A stretch of 64,000 nt of DNA. Source: an uncultured Spirochaetota bacterium. Lineage in GTDB: Bacteria > Spirochaetota > Brevinematia > Brevinematales > JAOACQ01. The DNA lies in the NCBI GenBank assembly GCA_963835575.1, contig CAWIGG010000002.1, positions 160,001-224,000 of the forward strand. The letters are read 5' to 3'. The notes beneath the pieces were generated by a model. That model worked only from the letters and a program-made list of their open reading frames with translations, made no database searches and was not told the origin of the DNA. Below are positions 58,207 to 64,000 of this stretch, in pieces. Position numbers and translations under genes: made by a program. Position 1 is the stretch's first letter; each line of letters begins with the position of its first letter.

Positions 58207-61200
58207 TTGGAAACTAAACAAAATCCCGGTAAAAAGGCGCTTCCCATATTGTTTACATTAGCGGGTTGTCTAATCCCTGTTTTTATTATTTTGATAGTCT
58301 ATTCTATATACCGCATTCCGGAAAAAGATAAATCCAGCATAATTCAATTGACCGGTGTCTGGAAAATTCAGGAAGGTTTAAACCCGGATTGGACCAGGCC
58401 GGGCCTGGATGATTCAGGCTGGAAAGAAATCAAATTACCCGGAAGCTTTTATAACCAGGGCTTTCATGAAAAGTACCTGACATTAAGAAAAGATTTTACT
58501 TTAAATACAAATATGGAAAACCAGGACCTGTTTTTATTCATCGGCGGCACCGGCGGTTCAATGGGTATGGTTTATATGAACGGATTTAAAATCGGCGAAA
58601 TCGGAATGATTGTGAACGGCAGAAAGACACAGGGGGCCGATGAAAAATTCGGGTTTTATATTAATAAACATAATATCTTAAACGGGGCGGCCGATGTTAA
58701 AAATACAATCAGCATTGAATTTGATACTATAACGCCGAGCTATGACGGTGTGCAGGACCCAAGGATCCTTCTGGGTACCTACAATAGTTTAAGATCATAT
58801 TATGAGAAAAATATTTCGGCAAGTTTGTTTTTTCAATACGGGATCATATTTACCGGCATATTTGCCCTGATCATTTTATTTTTACTTTTGATGACTGAAT
58901 GGGGATCACCCAACCGCAATAAATATGTTTCTACCATATTCTTTGTGTTTTCGGCAATTTTATATAATTTATTTTTTACGAATGTTTTTGTCAGATATGT
59001 TTTTGATACAATATTACTATCCAAATTATTAATTTTATCGATTGTTTTTTTATGCCCGGCAACCCTGGATTATGTCCAGTATTTCTTTACCAATAAGACG
59101 AATATATTGTCAAAAATAAACAGAGTGGTTTGTTTGCTTGTTGTTGTAATGGTTTTTGCCATTCAGGATTTTGTCATAGTCAAATTGATCCATGGCTATT
59201 TTATCATGTACTTTTTTGTTGTAATTGTATATATATGTGCCTTTTGTGTGGCCCATACTCTTAAAGCCCGGGAAAAGTACAATGCCGTTGTTATTACTGT
59301 TTCGATTATAATCGGCGCGGTTTCAGGTATTTCCGACCTGTTGACCAACTTGGGATTGATTCATATGCCGCTTTTATTCAGCATTACCATTTCCATTTTT
59401 ATTGTGATGAGCGCCATGGTGATTATCGCTGATTTTATAAAGATCAGCGATTATAATAAAACACTTTCTCTGGAATTGAGCCAGTTGAACGTGAACCTTG
59501 AAGCCAAGGTTTCTGAAAGGACAAAGGAATTGAGCCAGGCCAATGAAAAACTGAAGAAGCTGGATACTGTTAAAAACGATTTTATTGCCAATATTACCCA
59601 CGATTTCCGGTCTCCTCTCACAGTCATACTGAATACGGCGGATTTAAACTTAAAAGAACACAAAGACAATCCTTATAAAAGTGAATTTGAAATGATACTG
59701 TCTTCTTCCTACCGCATGAAAAATTATATTGACCGGCTTCTGGATTTAGCGAAGATGGATGCGGGGGCCATAAAACTAAAAATCAGAAAAACAGATATTG
59801 TACAATTTTTAGAAACAATCGCAAGTTATTATCAATCGGCGATAATAAATACCAACATCAAAATTATAACCAGTTTTCCTGAAATTCCGGTGGAAAATTT
59901 TTATACTGACGAGGAAAAATTGGATGAGGTAATCAGCAATATCCTGTCCAATGCGATCAAATATGTCAGTATTGAAAACGGGATTATAGAAATTGAGGTG
60001 AGAGATGAACCGGATACGGTCCTGATTATTATATCAGACAATGGCATAGGAATACCTGAAGATAAACTGGAATTTATTTTTGAGAGGTTTGAACAGCTGG
60101 AAAGCGGGAGAAATACAAAATTCAGCGGGAGCGGGATCGGTCTTGCTTTTGCAAAACAGCTGGTGGAATTTATGAAAGGAAAAATATGGGCGGAATCGGG
60201 AGGTGAAAATAAGGGCTCCAGATTTATGATCAGGCTGCCGAGAGGCAAAGCCGCTTTTGATGATCAAGAAATTTCAACCGAATCAATGAAAGCGACATCC
60301 TTATCCCGTTTCAAGAAATTGGTAGAGTATGATATCGGTAGAAAAATTCAAAAAGAAGAACTGGAATTTTATATCAAGGAAAGAAATAAAGAAAACGAAT
60401 TTGTCCTCAAAAAAAGCGTGATATTAATAATTGACGATGAAAAATCAATCGCCGGAATCGTGATGAACTATCTTCTAATCAATGGATTTGAAAACTTTAT
60501 TATCGCTAATAACGGTAAAACCGGCCTGAAAGCCGTGTATCAATACACGCCGGATGTCATATTGTGCGATTATAACATGCCCGGGGCTCACGGGCAGTGA
60601 AGTTCATGACGCGATAGTTGATAACCCGAAATACAATCAAATTCCATTTATATTTTTGTCCGCTGTGGCGGATAGAAATTTAATTATTGAACGCAGGGAA
60701 AAAGGGGCAAATGCTTATTTAAAGAAACCGATAGATGAAAATGATCTTGTGCTGACGGTAAATCTTCATCTGAAAAAATATTTTGAATATTTAAAAACCC
60801 TGGAGCTTGCGGCCATAGATGAACTAACAGGATTATACAACAGGCGGGAAATCATCAAGCGGCTGCATGAAGAGCTGGCTGTCAGAAAATTTATGGAATT
60901 ATCGCTTATATTTTTTGATGTAGACCATTTTAAAGAAATAAACGACCGGTACGGCCATCCCATCGGCGATCGGGTTTTAAGAACTATAGGAAGAATCATA
61001 AAAGGAAACCTCAGGCCCTATGATATATCGGCAAGATATGGAGGAGATGAGTTTCTGATAATCCTGCCTCAAACAAATTCGGAAAATGCCGTTCGGGTAG
61101 CGGAAATATTAAAAAAGAGTTTCGCCGAAGAAAAAATCCTTCAAAGTGAGAATGTTCTTGCTATTACCTGCAGTTTCGGTATTTCATCACTGATCGGCAA

Positions 61201-61501
61201 CCAGAAAGACCTTGAAAAAGAACTGCATTTGAAGGATTTAAAAAAGATTTATGAGATAAAAGATTCCGCGAAAGCAGATTGGAAAATGATTCGGGAGACA
61301 AAAGAAAAGATTGCCGAAGTTCTAATAAGTTTTGCCGACAAAGCGCTTTATCAATCAAAAAAAACGGTGTGCGAAGACTGCGGATATTATTCTGAAAAAG
61401 AAGAAGATTTTCATAATAACAAATGCCCGAAATGCGGAAGTAAAAAACTGTCCGGCAGGAATAAAGTCAGTCTGTATTCGCATGATGAAAGCGCTGGTTA
61501 A
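58207..61501 (+). pseudogene. Hybrid sensor (extracytoplasmic sugar-binding-like domain, multi-TM, HisKA, HATPase, REC, GGDEF) split by a +1 frameshift; may be a sequencing error
   Basis: L.G.WK...DDSGW..I.LP, THDFRSPL, N/G1/F/G2 boxes, IIDDE, DYNMP; deleting one G of GGGG (60583-60586) gives MPGLTGSEVHD and joins the 60554-61501 ORF with IPFIFLSA, KKP, DELTGLYNRR, GGDEF. Confidence 0.85.
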
Positions 61502-61584
61502 AATGTAATATAAGCGACTTTTGATAAAAGAACAAATCAAAACGGACGTTCGATTTTCAAACAGCATACATAGGAAGTTGAATC

Positions 61585-61619
61585 ATCCTCCCTCCGTAAT
61601 CCGGAGGGGGGATTTTTTT
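61585..61619 (+). terminator. Intrinsic terminator; target of the group IIC intron
   Basis: ATCCTCCCTCCG...CGGAGGGGGGAT followed by T7. Confidence 0.8.
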
Positions 61620-61622
61620 GTT

Positions 61623-62500
61623 GTGCGCCCGGCAGGGCGCACGTTCTTGCGGGTGAAAGTCCCGTATGCACCCGGTAAGGGGAATCCCTCACCAGTTTGT
61701 GAACTTCTCCGGGCAGCCGGACAAACTGGTGAGGGACAGACGGCAAGGGTGTCCGCCGTGAGGCGGAATCTGAAGGAAGCTGCAGGCAAAGCACTGGTCT
61801 GACGAACAGAAACCGCATAGAGGCGGCACTGCTGGGTGAGACGGCAATTATCGTTAAAGCCCGATACTTACACAGAAAGCAATGGCGTAGATGCGGCAGA
61901 CATAAGTGTGAAGGAACGAGCGCATTACCCGGGGAGGTCTGACAGCCTGCCACATATTGGCTATTGTCATCGAAAGGTGATAAGAGGGGTTTTCAGAAGT
62001 CAGCAGAAGCCATAGTAACCTCTTGACCGGAGGCGAAGGGCAGAACCAAACTATAGGAGTACCGCTATGAATCCTGACACGGTAACTTACGCAGAAGCGG
62101 AAGGAAACTTTCCGGCTTTGACAAAGGATAGGGACGGAATTCCGAAGAATAGCCAAAGCGCGTGTATCCGTGCAGAGAGTCAAAGAAGGAGTACACCGGA
62201 TGAAACAAATTTAATAGAGCGTCTGGTCAAACGCGAGAACATGCTGGAAGCTTATCACAGGGTGGTAAGCAATAAGGGGGCGGCGGGAGTTGACGGAGTC
62301 ACTGTAAAACAGCTAAAAGGCTTCATCAACAAACATATGAACATCGCCTTTCCTAAGAAATTATTCGACAGTATGGGACTCGTATCGATGCTGAACAAGA
62401 TTTGTATTTATCAGAAATTATATTTTGGAACCGCCGTATACGGAACCGTACGTACGGTGGTGTGAGAGGTCGGCGGGTGTAAACCCGCCTCCTACTCAAT
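61623..62500 (+). mobile_element. Group II intron, class C, with internally deleted RT ORF (878 nt)
   Basis: 5' GTGCGCCCGGCA; GGGTGAAAGTCCC in domain I; domain V GAACCGCCGTATACGGAACCGTACGTACGGTGGTGTGAGAGG; domain VI ending CTACTCAAT; inserted just after a terminator. Confidence 0.92.
62067..62465 (+). pseudogene. Remnant of group II intron reverse transcriptase/maturase
   Basis: RT0 segment ENMLEAYHRVVSNKGAAGVDG joined directly to a maturase-like C-terminus MNIAFPKKLFDSMGLVS; no YADD. Confidence 0.85.
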
Positions 62501-62584
62501 TATTTTTTCTACAGGAAGATAAGAATGCTCCGGATGTCTTTTCATGTAATCTATCTTAAAAAATTTCTGTTAAGCAAAAAAACC

Positions 62585-62650
62585 ATACCCAAAGTACTGT
62601 CAAATCCATACTCAAGGTTTGCCCTGTTTTAAAAAGCGGTTATTTATAAT
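62585..62650 (+). promoter_or_regulatory. Cellulase promoter 5
   Basis: ATACCCAAAGTAC (62585), ATACTCAAGGTTT (62608), TATAAT (62645). Confidence 0.75.
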
Positions 62651-62694
62651 ATTAACCTATATATAATGTGGAATAATATAAATTAGGAGGAAAT

Positions 62695-64000
62695 ATGAAA
62701 ACTATGAAGAGAAGTTTGCCATTATTATCATTACTGGTAGTTGTGTTCTTCTTTTTAATTTCGGCTTCCTGCTCCTTGTCATTTAAAAATGATAATAATT
62801 CAGGCGGTTCTTCCGGATTGAACTCCAATCCGTTAAAAGCTACATCTTTTAATTATACCGACGCTTTCGCCAAATCAATCCTGTTTTATGAGGCCAACTG
62901 GTGCGGGCCTGACGCCGGTTCAAACCGCCTTCCATGGAGAGGTCCCTGCCACACGAGCGACGGCGCGGATGTCGGGCTTGATCTCACAGGCGGTTTTCAT
63001 GACTGCGGCGACCACGTCAAGTTCGGCCAGACCCAGGCTTACGCCGCGTCCACGCTGGGCTGGGCATATTATGAATTCAAGGATGTGTTCGTTTCCAAGG
63101 GCCAGGACGTTTATATGCTTAAGATCCTGAAGCATTTTACGGACTATTTCCTTAAGAGCTTTCCGAACGCGAACACGTTTTATTATGAGTGCGGAGACGG
63201 AACGACAGACCACGCTTACTGGGGCCCGCCCGAATTACAAACGACTGCTATTACAACGCGTCCCACTCTTTATGTCGCTAATCCGACAACGCCGGGTTCC
63301 GATGTCTGCGGCGATACGGCTGCCGCTCTCGCTTTGATGTACTTGAACTATCTGGACAAAGATTCGTCTTACGCGAACAAATGCCTCACTGCCGCGAAAA
63401 GCCTTTACACGCTGGGCAAAACCTATTTAGGCCTCAGCCAGGCCGGCGGATTTTACGCCCCAAGCGGCTACTGGGATGAACTGAGCTGGGGAGCCGTCTG
63501 GCTCTATCTGGCGACAACAAACACCAGTTATTTGAACGATGTGTTGACTTTCATGTCAAATAAGAATATTACCGATTCCAATCCCTATAACAATCATTGG
63601 ACGCATTGCTGGGACGATGTCTGGGGAGGAGTATTCGTTAAAATGGCGCAGATCACAAACAGGCCGCTCTTTAAATCAGTTGCGGAAGAAAATTTGAGCT
63701 ACTGGATGACCGGCCTTACCAGAACGCCCGGCGGGCTCTGCTACCTGAACTCCTGGGGCAACTGCCGGTATGTCGCGGCCGAATGTATGCTGGCCCTTGT
63801 TTATAACAAAACGGCAACCAACCAGGCATACGCCGATTTCGCTAAATCACAGATCGACTATATTCTGGGCAATAACCCGCATAGTTATTCCTATGAAATC
63901 GGGTTCGGGACAAGCTATCCGAAGTTTCCTCACCACCGCGCGGCCAGCGGGCGTTTTGAGCATCAGCCTGCCAATGAGTCCAAGGATGATCCGGAAAGGC
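62695..64000 (+). CDS. Lipoprotein GH9 (second subtype), 3' end outside the window
   Basis: AGGAGG then MKTMKRSLPLL...ISASCSL...PLKATSFNYTDAFAKSILFYEANWCG...GGFHDCGDHVKF...PHHR; paralog of 50564 and 53405. Confidence 0.92.
   Translation, partial: MKTMKRSLPLLSLLVVVFFFLISASCSLSFKNDNNSGGSSGLNSNPLKATSFNYTDAFAKSILFYEANWCGPDAGSNRLPWRGPCHTSDGADVGLDLTGGFHDCGDHVKFGQTQAYAASTLGWAYYEFKDVFVSKGQDVYMLKILKHFTDYFLKSFPNANTFYYECGDGTTDHAYWGPPELQTTAITTRPTLYVANPTTPGSDVCGDTAAALALMYLNYLDKDSSYANKCLTAAKSLYTLGKTYLGLSQAGGFYAPSGYWDELSWGAVWLYLATTNTSYLNDVLTFMSNKNITDSNPYNNHWTHCWDDVWGGVFVKMAQITNRPLFKSVAEENLSYWMTGLTRTPGGLCYLNSWGNCRYVAAECMLALVYNKTATNQAYADFAKSQIDYILGNNPHSYSYEIGFGTSYPKFPHHRAASGRFEHQPANESKDDPER

Noticed and set aside
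60554..61501. Independent GGDEF gene
   Set aside because: It starts mid-REC domain without an RBS; better explained as the frameshifted continuation of 58207
61521..62183. Overlapping short ORFs (61521, 61537, 61583, 61854)
   Set aside because: They fall in the structured group II intron RNA
61623..62500. RT fragment plus repeated CBM2 tails as a diversity-generating retroelement or retron
   Set aside because: The RT remnant lies within clear group II intron ends and lacks the catalytic core; differences between repeats are not adenine-specific
306..63213. Numerous 60-200 aa ORFs overlapping the called genes
   Set aside because: Antisense or alternate-frame shadows of well-supported CDSs with no recognisable motifs

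Overview
Bacterial chromosomal window, probably from a spirochaete (inferred from the FapA/Jag fusion, spirochaete-style lipoboxes and a CBM64 module). The left half (1-29 kb) is mostly housekeeping: two tandem GT4 glycosyltransferases, a methyltransferase/PadR pair split by an IS1182-like element, a U32 protein, yggS, ackA, rpoN, FapA, bactofilin, pdxA, iorA-PP2C-iorB, folK and a feoB-DtxR/FeoA-fur operon. It also carries several small dispersed repeat families and a 99-bp MITE in two copies. The right half (29-64 kb, continuing past the window) is a co-oriented plant-cell-wall degradation island with 11 glycoside hydrolase genes (6 GH9, 3 GH5, GH116, GH12). All 11 start with a lipoprotein signal, a 17-21 aa tether and a K/R-A(S) motif; the 10 complete ones end in a Ser/Ala/Val repeat linker plus a near-identical CBM2. 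No cohesin or dockerin is seen. Five GH9 promoters share 23-bp-period operator boxes at a fixed distance from TATAAT, next to a LacI-sensor/PAS/LuxR regulator. Two adjacent GH5 genes both have the catalytic acid/base Glu replaced by Lys (NEP to NKP). The island also holds a frameshifted sensor kinase-REC-GGDEF hybrid and an internally deleted class C group II intron behind a terminator. All calls come from motif recognition by eye; no database searches were run.
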